In this document: positions 10,082-19,800 of the stretch, piece after piece
Layout of the letters: each line of letters begins with the position of its first letter
Position numbering within the stretch: position 1 is the first letter of the stretch
NCBI GenBank assembly: GCA_030691545.1
Contig: JAUYEE010000058.1
Coordinates: 2,041-66,040 of the forward strand
DNA from: a bacterium
Lineage (GTDB): Bacteria > Auribacterota > JABMQX01
DNA length: 64,000 nucleotides
Direction of reading: 5' to 3'
Position numbers and translations under genes: made by a program
The notes under the pieces: generated by a model
Told to the model about the DNA's origin: nothing
What the model saw: only the letters and a program-made list of their open reading frames with translations
The model's database searches: none

Positions 10082-11413
10082 TCACACCTCCAGCTTCCAC
10101 GGTGCCCGGTATTCTCTCCCCACCAGCTTATTCGCCTCCGCGTCGTCGAGCACAACCTCCTTCTCGGCATCCCATTTGATCCTTCGACCAACACGGTACG
10201 CGATGTTGAGAAGATGTCCCGGCACGCTCGAGTAGTGTCCGTTCTCGATTTCGTTCGGAGGCTCCTTTCGCGACTTCACCGCCTCGACGAATGCGCGCTG
10301 ATGCAGCCCGTCTCCCTCGATCCCTCCGATGCGCACTTCATCGAGCATCTTCTTTTCGCCGATCGTCTCGGTAATGATGGCATAACCGCCGCGGTTGAGA
10401 ATCATCGAGCCGTTTGTTCCGTGAAAGATTTTCGCGTTCCAGCGGTTCTCGTAAATGTAACTGTTCGCGCCCGTAAACCGATAGGACATGATGAAACCGG
10501 GGTACTCGACGATCCCGCTCAACGTATCCGGCAGCTCCCGGTTATCGTCTGTCATCAACTTCCCGCCCATTGCCGTCGCTCCCACGGGCTTGTCGCACTT
10601 CATCGCCCAGTGCACGATGTCGTGATGGTGCACCGCCCAGTCCGACTGCCATCCCCCGCCGTAGTGCCAGAACCAATAATGATAGATATAGCGGTTCTGG
10701 TTGTAAGGGACTTTCGGCGACGGACCCAGCCAGAAATCCCAGTCCAGTTCCGGCGGCGGATTCGAGTCCGCGGGATGGCCGAACCCCGGCAACTGCTGGT
10801 CCACATCCCACACCTCCACAAAACCGATTTTCCCCAGCCGCCCGGAGTGAATAATCTTCACCGCGTCCTGGTAATGCGGCGAACTTCGCTGCTGCGTCCC
10901 GATGCAGCCGATTCGTTTGTACTTTCTCGCCGCTTGAACGACTGCGCGTCCTTCTTGAATTGTCAGCGACAGCGGCTTCTCCACGTAAATGTCCTTCCCC
11001 GCCTGGCAGGCGTTGATCGCCGGAAGAGCGTGCCAGTGCCCGTTCGTCGCGACAACTACTGCGTCAATGTCGCTGCGCTCGAGCAACTCCCGGAAGTCCG
11101 CGTACCCTTTCGCCTTCCCGCCGGACACCGCAATCGCCGCCTCGCAATGACGCTTGTTCATGTCGCTGACTGCCGCGATCTCGACATCCGGATGAGTCAT
11201 GAACATCGTCATCAGATACCTCCCGCGACCGCCCGTCCCGACAAATCCAAGAATCACCTTCTCACTCGCACTCGACCGCCTCGCCGGTGCCGGCGCCTCC
11301 GCAGCCTGCGCCGCACTTCGGCCAAGCCTTTCCAGAGTCGCCGCCACCATGCCCACAGCAACTCCCTGTCCCGACTTCTCCAAAAACTCTCTCCTTGTCA
11401 ATCCTTCCTTCAT
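10082..11413 (-). CDS. Tat-exported Gfo/Idh/MocA family oxidoreductase
   Basis: Start MKEGLTRREFLEKSG after GGAGG (twin-arginine). Rossmann GFVGTGGRG; DAVVVATNGHWH, YVEKPL, GTQQRS, LDWDFWLGP. Confidence 0.92.
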   Translation of the reverse strand: MKEGLTRREFLEKSGQGVAVGMVAATLERLGRSAAQAAEAPAPARRSSASEKVILGFVGTGGRGRYLMTMFMTHPDVEIAAVSDMNKRHCEAAIAVSGGKAKGYADFRELLERSDIDAVVVATNGHWHALPAINACQAGKDIYVEKPLSLTIQEGRAVVQAARKYKRIGCIGTQQRSSPHYQDAVKIIHSGRLGKIGFVEVWDVDQQLPGFGHPADSNPPPELDWDFWLGPSPKVPYNQNRYIYHYWFWHYGGGWQSDWAVHHHDIVHWAMKCDKPVGATAMGGKLMTDDNRELPDTLSGIVEYPGFIMSYRFTGANSYIYENRWNAKIFHGTNGSMILNRGGYAIITETIGEKKMLDEVRIGGIEGDGLHQRAFVEAVKSRKEPPNEIENGHYSSVPGHLLNIAYRVGRRIKWDAEKEVVLDDAEANKLVGREYRAPWKLEV

Positions 11414-11926
11414 ACCATACCCTCCTTTTCTTAGTCGTTCCCTCACACGGGAAAGCCGATGCCCCGCCCGAATCATCCTGAGCGATAGGCGGATGTTCGC
11501 TCGGACATGCACGAACGACGATGTCAGTCCTATCGCCCAATGGAGAGCCGTATCGGTTCCTCAAAGGCGGCAGGATACCACGGCAGGCGAGAATCTTCAA
11601 CGACCGCTGACGGCTTGACGGCCACCTTCTTCAGTGGCTCTGGCGGGATCGTCCCATAGGCTCGGCGACACAGCAACGGCGGGTACAAGGGACTTGTGGC
11701 AGCACAGAGCATAGGTGTATAATCGCGTGCCCGAGCCAAAGGACCCGGCTTGACAGCCACGGCAGTTGGACAAGCGGGCTTGAACCGCGCGTTGCCGGTT
11801 GCAGCCCGGTCAGTCAAGCTCGTGGCGGCCCGGATACCGGGGCGTGACGACCGGCCACGTTTGCCGGTCCGGAAAATCGGAGTCGTCCAGTGCAAGAGGT
11901 GCAGATCTCAGCGGAGGCCCAATGAG

Positions 11927-13234
11927 ATGAGCAGGAGACGTTTCTTGACAGACTTCTATGACTCAATACGTCAGCGACAGTATAGGACACTCGCGCAGAC
12001 CCTGTGCGATGAGAAACTGCCGGATACGGCAAAGTCTTTGTATACAGGGCGGTTAAGATTTGATGTTCTGCTCTCGCAGACAGTGGTCTTGACGGATGCC
12101 ATGTTGCTTGACGGAACATTCTTCCTAGATGTGGAACCACGGGAGCTTGCCGACTCACTCGCCCGCCGTGAGGGGGAGGAGATGCCAGTCGAAATCCGAG
12201 CCAGGGCGGAGAACCTGGAACACGCACTCCTGATGTTTGTCAGGTACCCCGAGTTGCCAAACCTGCGGGGATTCATCTTTTCAGGAATCGAAGACGACGA
12301 GCAACGTATAGAGGCGAAGAAGGTCCTGGAAGAAACGCCGGCGTCCGAGCTCAGGTCTTGGAGGGACCTTGGCCGGGTTTTCCGGCGCGCTGGCGTCACC
12401 GCAGCCAACGCTGAAAAGTTGGAGGCTGCCTGGGCTTGCTGGATAGGAGCCCAACGATGCGGCGTCCTAAAGGTGGCGACGTGGCACGGGGATTTCGAAC
12501 TGGACAGGGCCCTGCCACGCCCGGAGACCTTGTCGAGGGGGCTCAGGACTGCCGAGGGCGCATCGCTTGCCCAGAGGGTTTGGGACAGTCGTGGAGACAG
12601 AAGCTCCATCGATGCCGCGCTGTCAGAAGCGAAATTCACGGCAGCGGGGGATCTCTTGAAAGACGTCGCTGCAATTGAGTCCCGCTTTCACCGGAGTTAC
12701 AATACTACGATTGCGCTGCAGCACGAATGTGACAATTACGAGTCGGTTTACGACGCCTCGACAGCGATAATGAGCCGCCGTGAGTTCGTGCGGCTCGGTA
12801 TCGATGATGCCAAGCAGCGACAGGCGCGCTCACCAAGGCCCACGCTCAATCTGCCACCTGGTTTCCTGCTGGCGCTAGGCACGATGCCCAGTGACTGCTT
12901 CCGCACGTTGTTCTGGGAAGGGTACAGACGGGGCCATTTTCAGAAGTGGTGGGAGACCGGAGAATTGGAGGCTCTTCGCAGAGCCCTTGACCCTTTCGTC
13001 AATAAATGTGCGGAGGGCAGTCACCTCCCGGTTAAATGGCGGCTCGCTTCAAGGCTGGTTTCTGCTGGGATAGGCTGCGGCGTCGGCGGCCCCGTTGGGG
13101 CAGTTCTTGGGGTTCTGCTGGAGTATTTTACGATCGAACGCATTGGGGACGTCCGTGGCGCCAGAGCCAGGCGTCTCTCACAGCGCATTTTGCGTATAGC
13201 AGAGGAGCGTCAAACTGATGAGCGCAAACATTAA
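11927..13234 (+). CDS. Hypothetical protein (about 435 aa) with a C-terminal glycine-zipper-like hydrophobic segment
   Basis: Long ORF, probable start MSRRRFLTDF; I recognise no family. Ends ...LVSAGIGCGVGGPVGAVLGVLLEYF...; overlaps the next gene by 17 nt. Confidence 0.75.
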   Translation: MSRRRFLTDFYDSIRQRQYRTLAQTLCDEKLPDTAKSLYTGRLRFDVLLSQTVVLTDAMLLDGTFFLDVEPRELADSLARREGEEMPVEIRARAENLEHALLMFVRYPELPNLRGFIFSGIEDDEQRIEAKKVLEETPASELRSWRDLGRVFRRAGVTAANAEKLEAAWACWIGAQRCGVLKVATWHGDFELDRALPRPETLSRGLRTAEGASLAQRVWDSRGDRSSIDAALSEAKFTAAGDLLKDVAAIESRFHRSYNTTIALQHECDNYESVYDASTAIMSRREFVRLGIDDAKQRQARSPRPTLNLPPGFLLALGTMPSDCFRTLFWEGYRRGHFQKWWETGELEALRRALDPFVNKCAEGSHLPVKWRLASRLVSAGIGCGVGGPVGAVLGVLLEYFTIERIGDVRGARARRLSQRILRIAEERQTDERKH

Positions 13235-13769
13235 GCGGTTAGAAGAGCTACTTGTATACTCCGACCAAGAAAACCCCTGGCTGAAGCTATACTTCGATCG
13301 CGTCGAGTTCTCCGATGGGCGCGTCGGGCGCTATAACCGGATTGTGGAAGCGCAGGGCAAGCAGGGCGTGGCTGTCTTGCCCCTTGCCGGGGCGCACATC
13401 GGCCTGGCACGCCAGTTCCGATACCCTGTGGGAAAAGAGCTATGGGAGATACCACGAGGGTTTGCGGAAAGCGGGCGGCCAGAAGAAGATGCCCTCCGAG
13501 AACTCAGGGAGGAAACGGGGCTTAATGCGCGGGAGCTAGTTGACCTCGGGACAATCCATCCCAATTCGGGAGTACTAGCGTCGGAGGTGCAGATCTTCGC
13601 GGCGATCTGCGACGATTGGGCGCAAGACCGCTCAATCACGGATGGGGAAGTGGCCGAGTTTCGCTGGCTCCCCGTCGAACGGGTCTTGTCCCTCATAAAA
13701 GCCGGCGACATCACGGACGCTTTCACGTTGTGCGCCGTCTTGCGCGCAAAGGAGCGCGGAATAGTGTAG
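13218..13769 (+). CDS. NUDIX hydrolase (ADP-ribose pyrophosphatase-like)
   Basis: GVAVLP...RQFRYPVG..LWEIPRGF...ALRELREETGL and ITDAFTL. Confidence 0.9.
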   Translation: MSANIKRLEELLVYSDQENPWLKLYFDRVEFSDGRVGRYNRIVEAQGKQGVAVLPLAGAHIGLARQFRYPVGKELWEIPRGFAESGRPEEDALRELREETGLNARELVDLGTIHPNSGVLASEVQIFAAICDDWAQDRSITDGEVAEFRWLPVERVLSLIKAGDITDAFTLCAVLRAKERGIV

Positions 13770-14011
13770 GGGGTCTCCCTGCCTCTCCGCGGGGCTTTAG
13801 GTCCAGCTAAGGCACACAGCTGCATGCGTAACTGAAAGGCGACGCCCATCCGAAGCCGCTGACTCAACCTCGTAAGCATTCGCACATCGAAAAGGGCCAA
13901 CCAAGACAAGAGGAACAGAAAGGGCGAACGGAGGTTTAGCCACGAGCAGTACGACATGCTCCCCCGGGCCCTCCGAAACGAAGGACATGACCGACTAACC
14001 GGAAATTCCTT

Positions 14012-14143
14012 GGACATGATTACAGGATGTTCAGCATTGTGGGTCGTGAGTTGCGCTGATGGCCGGTTCCCAATAATCCTGCTTATCCTGTTATCCTGTC
14101 CCCAAGCTACTCCGCGTCTGCGCTCTCCGCGCCCTCTGCGGTT
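14012..14143. repeat. Short dispersed repeats: a CAGGAT/ATCCTG inverted pair plus a CTCTGCG-family arm
   Basis: GGACATGATTACAGGAT (14012-14028) faces ATCCTGCTTATCCTGTTATCCTGTCC (14076-14101). CTCCGCGTCTGCGCTCTCCGCGCCCTCTGCGGTT follows (14110-14143). Confidence 0.65.
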
Positions 14144-14212
14144 GGCCGCGGGCGCGTTTCAGTGGCAGAGCTGTGGACTGCACGGCGGTCGGGGTGACCA
14201 CGGTGGCCACCT

Positions 14213-14279
14213 GTGGCACGGGCGTCTCGCCCGTGGTCAACCCGTGGAACCCTCACATGGACAGGATGCTCATTCCATC
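14213..14279. repeat. GTGG-tagged REP-like palindrome doublet
   Basis: GTGG-CACGGGCG-TCT-CGCCCGTG followed by a degenerate partner CATGGACAGGATGCTCATTCCATC. Confidence 0.6.
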
Positions 14280-14311
14280 AAAGTACGACAGCAGAGCTGT
14301 GGTTTCTCTCC

Positions 14312-14340
14312 TTGACAAAATCATGGCCATGCCGTATAAT
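14312..14340 (+). promoter_or_regulatory. Perfect consensus sigma70 promoter
   Basis: TTGACA (14312-14317), 17-nt spacer, TATAAT (14335-14340). Confidence 0.8.
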
Positions 14341-14672
14341 CCTGTCAAAAAGAGGACCAGCCCAACGATCCCTTCGTGGAGAACAGAATGCACTTTGGGG
14401 GACCACCTCTCGCACAATTTCGGCCGTTCTTGCACCACTATGTCCTTTTCCTGCGCGCACGCGCCACGCCACGCAGGCAAGAAAAGCCCGGTACTGGGCC
14501 TTTTCCTCAATCGGCGGATTTCAACCTATCTCCTTCTCGAATCGTAGATTGTCGCCAGTTTCCACCTCCCAAAAAGGCCCAGAAAGGCCCGCTTTTTCGC
14601 CCCGTGGCCTTTTTATTACGCGCGCACAGTGACAACGGCGTGTCTCCCGGCCCCAACGCAATCACTCCGGTG

Positions 14673-14681
14673 TGCTATAAT
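14673..14681 (+). promoter_or_regulatory. Extended -10 promoter for the TolB-like gene
   Basis: TGcTATAAT, then GAGGAGG RBS at 14701 and ATG at 14718. Confidence 0.6.
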
Positions 14682-14717
14682 CGGGGGTGCCTGACGTCAA
14701 GAGGAGGCTTTTGTGAA

Positions 14718-15749
14718 ATGAAGATGCTCAAACGAACGATGCACCTCATCAACGTGCTGGCCATTGCACTCTGCTTCGCCAGCGTCTCATCCGCTGCATC
14801 CAACGTGTCCATGCCCAGTCAGACAGTGGCCGAAGCGCAGCTTCGCGCGGAACTGAGGGCCTATCCACACAAGATTCTTTTCGCCAGTTACCTCGATGGG
14901 AACTGGGAAATCTGCATGATGAATGCTGATGGGACTGGCGTAAGAAATATCTCTCGTCACCCGTCCAACGACGTGATGCCTCACGCCTCCCCCGACGGGA
15001 CGACGATTCTTTTCGGTTCAGATCGCGTGGGGAGGCAGGACGAGGGTCTCTGGCCCATTGGTTCCCAGGGGCGGGGCATTTTCGTCATGAACCTCGACGG
15101 GACGAACGCCCAACTCGTCGCCATTGGCGAAGAAGCATGTTGGGCGCCCGACGGCAGACAGATTTGTTTTCTCCAGGACGGCTGGCTGATCGTGCGCGAC
15201 ATCACGAGCGGAAGGGAGCAGAGAGTCGGCGATTTCTGGTCGCAGGTCGAGACGCCGTGCTGGTCGCCGGACGGCAGAAGCATCGCCCTGACCGCGGACA
15301 TGCTCGGCGGGCACAACGGGCACATCTTTGACCTGATAACAGGTCGCCTCCGACGATATGCGTATGGCGTCGGGACGAACTGCCGCCCCGACTTCTCGGC
15401 GGATGGCAAAGCCATCGCTTTTTGCAGTCACTACGCGGGCGGCGTGATGCTCTGGACGGCTCAGGTCGCCGACCCGCGGCGAACGCTCTGGCGGTTGACG
15501 TATCGCCCGGGATTCAACTACTACCCGGACTGGTCGCCCGACAACCGGTTCATCGTCTATAGCCACGGCCCGAGAAACGATTCGTATGAGTTCAGCCCCG
15601 GACAATGGCAGATTTACATGATGACTCCGTTAGGGGAGAACGACGGGCCGAGAATCCATCTCACCTCGTGGGGCTCCAACCGCGATCCGGATTGGCTGCC
15701 CGTTGCCACGGTGGGGCAGCCGATGAGGACGGAGGGCCGCCGCCCGTGA
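14718..15749 (+). CDS. Secreted TolB-like beta-propeller (PD40 repeats)
   Basis: Signal peptide MKMLKRTMHLINVLAIALCFASVSSA; repeated PxWSPDG/ASPDG units. The track start at 14376 is probably over-extended. Confidence 0.85.
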   Translation: MKMLKRTMHLINVLAIALCFASVSSAASNVSMPSQTVAEAQLRAELRAYPHKILFASYLDGNWEICMMNADGTGVRNISRHPSNDVMPHASPDGTTILFGSDRVGRQDEGLWPIGSQGRGIFVMNLDGTNAQLVAIGEEACWAPDGRQICFLQDGWLIVRDITSGREQRVGDFWSQVETPCWSPDGRSIALTADMLGGHNGHIFDLITGRLRRYAYGVGTNCRPDFSADGKAIAFCSHYAGGVMLWTAQVADPRRTLWRLTYRPGFNYYPDWSPDNRFIVYSHGPRNDSYEFSPGQWQIYMMTPLGENDGPRIHLTSWGSNRDPDWLPVATVGQPMRTEGRRP

Positions 15750-16207
15750 CGGATTCTGGAGTCCTTTCCCAGCCCGCGCAGCCGGAGCCGCCAAAGCCCG
15801 CACCGGAAAAGAAGAGACCCTGGAAGGTGCGCACCCTCGGAAGAATTTGCCTCGTTCTGTCGGTTCTTCTCACCTGTTTCTACATGCGGGACGTGCCGAG
15901 GGCGTTCGACTACATGACCACCGGCTACCTGCCGAAGAAGCTCAATGTTTTTTGGCTGGAGTATTCTCTCCGCGACTACTACCTTCCCGGCAAATTCGCG
16001 CGGAAGATTGTGCGAGGGGCCCTTCCGGCTTCTGCCCTCGGGTGTAGCGCGCTGTTGCTGCTGGTTGGGAGCGTCGGTATTCTTCGTGGGGAGCGATTGA
16101 AGGTTCGCCGCGGGGAGGCTCTTGTGTGGACGGTGCTTGGTGCGCTGCTCTTCGGGGCGAACGCGATGGCGACGTGGATCATCTGGAAAGCGTTTGTCTT
16201 TCTGTAA
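15746..16207 (+). CDS. Hypothetical membrane protein (about 3 TM helices)
   Basis: GTG overlaps the upstream TGA (GTGA). Pro-rich N-terminus followed by hydrophobic segments. Confidence 0.65.
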   Translation: MTDSGVLSQPAQPEPPKPAPEKKRPWKVRTLGRICLVLSVLLTCFYMRDVPRAFDYMTTGYLPKKLNVFWLEYSLRDYYLPGKFARKIVRGALPASALGCSALLLLVGSVGILRGERLKVRRGEALVWTVLGALLFGANAMATWIIWKAFVFL

Positions 16208-16216
16208 AGGGGACGG

Positions 16217-16825
16217 ATGGACGCGATTCTTTTCGACTGGATGGGCGTACTTTTCAAGGACCCGGATGTTATTGGGACAGTGTTTCCTCGGATTTTAGGA
16301 CAAGAGATGCAAAGGTGCGGGCTTTCCTTAGAAGAGATGTGCGCTCGCTACTATCCGTATTCCGAGGGGAAGTTGAGTCGCGAGGCTTTCTGGCGTGGGT
16401 TTGACGGCAACATTGACGATCTGGAGCGTAACTATCTCGATTCATTCCAGTTGAATGAGGGATACGAGTACGTCAAGAGTCTCCGTGGGAGATTCAAGCT
16501 CGGAATCGTCTCGAACCTACCAGCCGAATGGGGCGACTATCTAATCGAGAAATACGATTTCGACAAGAGCTTCAACCCAATCGTCGTGAGCGGGAATGTC
16601 GGAGTCAGGAAGCCCGAACCGGAGATTTACCGCATTGCTCTGAGAGGTTTGGGAGTTGCGAACAAGGTGTACGTCGTGGACGATAAGACCTCGAACCTGC
16701 GAGCCGCTGAGGAGCACCTGGGATGGACGGGCATCTGGATGAGGTCCCAGCCCGCGAACAGCGATTTCGTCCCTCGCTTTCAGATTGATCGCTTGACCGA
16801 TCTCAAAGAGATACTCCCCGCATGA
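16217..16825 (+). CDS. HAD-superfamily hydrolase (subfamily IA)
   Basis: ILFDWMGV (motif I), GIVSN, RKPEPEIY, VVDDKTSNL. Confidence 0.9.
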   Translation: MDAILFDWMGVLFKDPDVIGTVFPRILGQEMQRCGLSLEEMCARYYPYSEGKLSREAFWRGFDGNIDDLERNYLDSFQLNEGYEYVKSLRGRFKLGIVSNLPAEWGDYLIEKYDFDKSFNPIVVSGNVGVRKPEPEIYRIALRGLGVANKVYVVDDKTSNLRAAEEHLGWTGIWMRSQPANSDFVPRFQIDRLTDLKEILPA

Positions 16826-16893
16826 CGTTCAAGGCCTGGTTCCTATCGGGTACCACGCCATCTTCTGTGAGAACTCATGGCGCGAGGGAACGA

Positions 16894-19800
16894 TCAACGG
16901 ACGGTCAGGCGGCAGCCTTTCTCCTCTTTCCAAGTGTCGTGGTAGCGTTTGAGGAATGCGTCTGCGGTCTGGGGGTCAACAATCGCCTGGTCCACGTCAA
17001 AAGGAATCTCGGCCTTTGGGACTGGGGGATCCTGCGTCCACGTGCCTGGGTTTGCGGCCAATTCGTGGAATGCCAACCCCCACGGTTTTGGCTTCCCCTC
17101 GTCCGTGACCAGACCCGAGAACTTCGTCGTATCTCGAGAAGAAGGCGTGTCGGCGTACGCCCAATTGAGCCAACCGGAGGTAATGCCGCGCCCCTGAAGA
17201 ACCGCTGCGAGACACCAGTGCACCTGGTCTTCCGCGGACCACTCTTGCAGGCCATCGGGTTTTCCGCCGCCGTGCCAGCCAAACTCGCCGACAAAAAGAG
17301 GTTTTTGCGGCGATCCGGCTTTGACGTAGCGCAGCGCGAGCTCAAGATAAGCCAGATTCCTCGTGAAATTCTCGTCCGAAGCGAGGGGATCGCCGCCGTA
17401 CAGCGGGTAGAAATGAATGGAAAGAAAATCGAGCATGGGCGCGATGCGCGATGGACGAAACGCCGCATAGCGCGAGGGCCGGCCGTAATACACAGGGACA
17501 GTCCACTGGATCAAGCCGACGGTGACGAGGTGATTGGGGTCGGCGGAGCGGATGGCGTCCACCTGCACCCGAATCCAGTCGTCCGCGAGCGATTCCCGGA
17601 AATGCTGAAAGTCCAACAAAACGGGCGACCCCGGAGAGGCGGCGTCGCCAGGAATCTCGATTTCCTCGAAAGCCCGCGCGGCCTTTTCCACCTCACCCCA
17701 GCCTTTGCGCAGCGCGTCCAGCGTGCCGTATTTGTCGTGCAGCCATCGGGGCCACTTCGCGCGCATAGCGGGCGTGTCCCATCGGACGTGTGGCTCATTC
17801 AACAGGTCGTATGCGAAAATAAATGGCTCGTCCTTGTAGCGTGCGGCAAAGGCTCTCCAGAAGGCAGCTTGTGCCTCCAGGGCTTGTGGGTCAGCAATAA
17901 AGTCCGCCCGGCGCCATGCAGGTGTGCCTTCCCAATGATCCGGGCCCGTGGGGTGAATCCGAATCCCGTACTTTCGGCCGATGGCGAGCATCGTATCGAA
18001 CTTCGCGAGAGCCTCGGCTTCGAGACTCGGCGGCTCGGGGAAGAAACTCTGCGCCGTCAGAAAAACGCGCACCACATTCACACCGAGGTCCCGCATGGTC
18101 CGGAAATGCTTTTCGACCTTCCCCGGATCGAATCTCTGCCAGAGCTTGGGCGCCCAACCGACGTGGGGGTCAAAGTAATTGCACCCGAACGGATGCCATG
18201 CTTTCCCGTCAAGCGTGAATCCCTGTCCATCCTCGCCTACGCGCACAAACCCGCCGTCCTGCCGAGCGGGTGTGGGATCGTCAGGCAGCGTTCTCCGGAA
18301 TTCATCTCTGTACAGCCCAATCTTCTCGACGGGGATTTGCTTGAATCCGAGCTTCAAGGCAGGCGAATCGTCCATGAGCCGAAAGTCCAGCTTTTCGGGG
18401 GCGACGAAATGCGGATCGCCTTCGGTGAAATTATCCTCCATTCTGATGGTCTTGTCAGTAAGCCTGTCCAGCAGGTCCAGCCATCTTCCGCCGACCCGGA
18501 TGTTGCGGGCGATCAGGTTCCCTTTCGGGACGGCAGGTTCATCGTCGAGGATGTTCGCGAGTTTCGGATAGCGCGTGCTGTAGGGCGGCTGAGTGTGGTT
18601 CACCGCCTTCAAGCGGTCCATGAGAGTGCTGTCTCTTCCGTCGAACCAGAATTTCGCCCAGCCGAGTCCGCGCGCGTCCACGTGGATCGCCGGTTCGCAT
18701 TCAACAAAGATGTTGTTCTCGATTGTGTTGTCGCGCCCGCCGCCGAGGAGAACGCCCCTGCCCGCCCTGTAGCACACATTGCCATAGACCATCGTCCCGC
18801 TGGCGCAATCGTCAAGGTAGATCGCCTGTACGCTCCCCTTCCCCAGGTCGTGAAAAAAGTTGTGGCGGACAACATTCCCGCGCTCCGTGAAATCGCGGCC
18901 CAAGTAGAAGGCGCCGGCGTCGCTGGTCTCCATGCAAACGTGATGGATGTGATTGAACTCGATGATGTGTTCGTTTCCGCCGAGGAGAATCGCGCTGTGG
19001 GGGGCATCGTGGATGAGGTTATGTGCGACGCGGTTTCCCACGCCGCTCACCGCAACGGCCGGGCAATACGTCCTCACCCATCTGCTGAAATCATAGATGT
19101 GGTTGTTGACAGCGAAATGCCCCGCTGGTGTCAGTGTGCGCCGGTCGCCGCCACGAAGCTGTATGCCCCCGTCTCCTGTTTGGTATATGTCGCACCCAGC
19201 CACACCGTTTTGTTCTCCGCCGTTGACAGTCACCGCCGCATTCCCGATATTACGGAACGCACAGCCGGCCACGACGACATGGTCACCTCCAACGATTTCT
19301 ATTCCCGTTCCACGGGTGACCTCGAATGTCAGCCCGCGAAGGGTGACATGCGAAAGGTCGGCGAGAGAAACCATCGGCTCTTCGAGGATGGAAACGTAGG
19401 CGGTGTTCTGGTCCAGAGGCGCCGGGGGCCAGAAGTACAGAATGCCCGTTTTTCGGTCGAGATACCATTCGCCCGGCTCGTCGAGTTCCTCCAAAATGTT
19501 CAGGACGTAATATCGTTTTCCAGCCGCATAGCCATAGACTCCATGCGGTTCACAGGTGGTAATCTCCCGCTTCTCCGTGTCTATGCTTTTGACTTCCTCG
19601 TACGACTCCGCCCAATCCCACGTCCAGTATCCGTGTATCCATACGTCGTCGGATTGAACCCACCGCTTTGGGCGGTCACCTTCGTAAGAGAATTTGCCGC
19701 CGCGCTGTCCTGCCGGCACGCCTGCGATTTTTGCCCAGCCGGTGTTGGGCCACCGAGCCAGAGGCATCGGCTTGTTCTGAAAGAAAAGCTCGAGTCCAGC

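Noticed and set aside
7251-11434. Other long shadow ORFs (7251-8261, 10214-11434; likewise 20389-21474, 60504-61277, 61434-62288)
   Set aside because: All are antisense to well-supported genes and lack RBSs or motifs.
14376-14717. Extended N-termini given by the ORF track (also 5612-5671, 11414-11512, 11750-11926, 31861-31965, 37726-37839, 45094-45291)
   Set aside because: In most cases a downstream start has a better RBS and a proper signal peptide or family N-terminus, and several extensions run through promoters or repeats. The 11927 start is only the most probable one.
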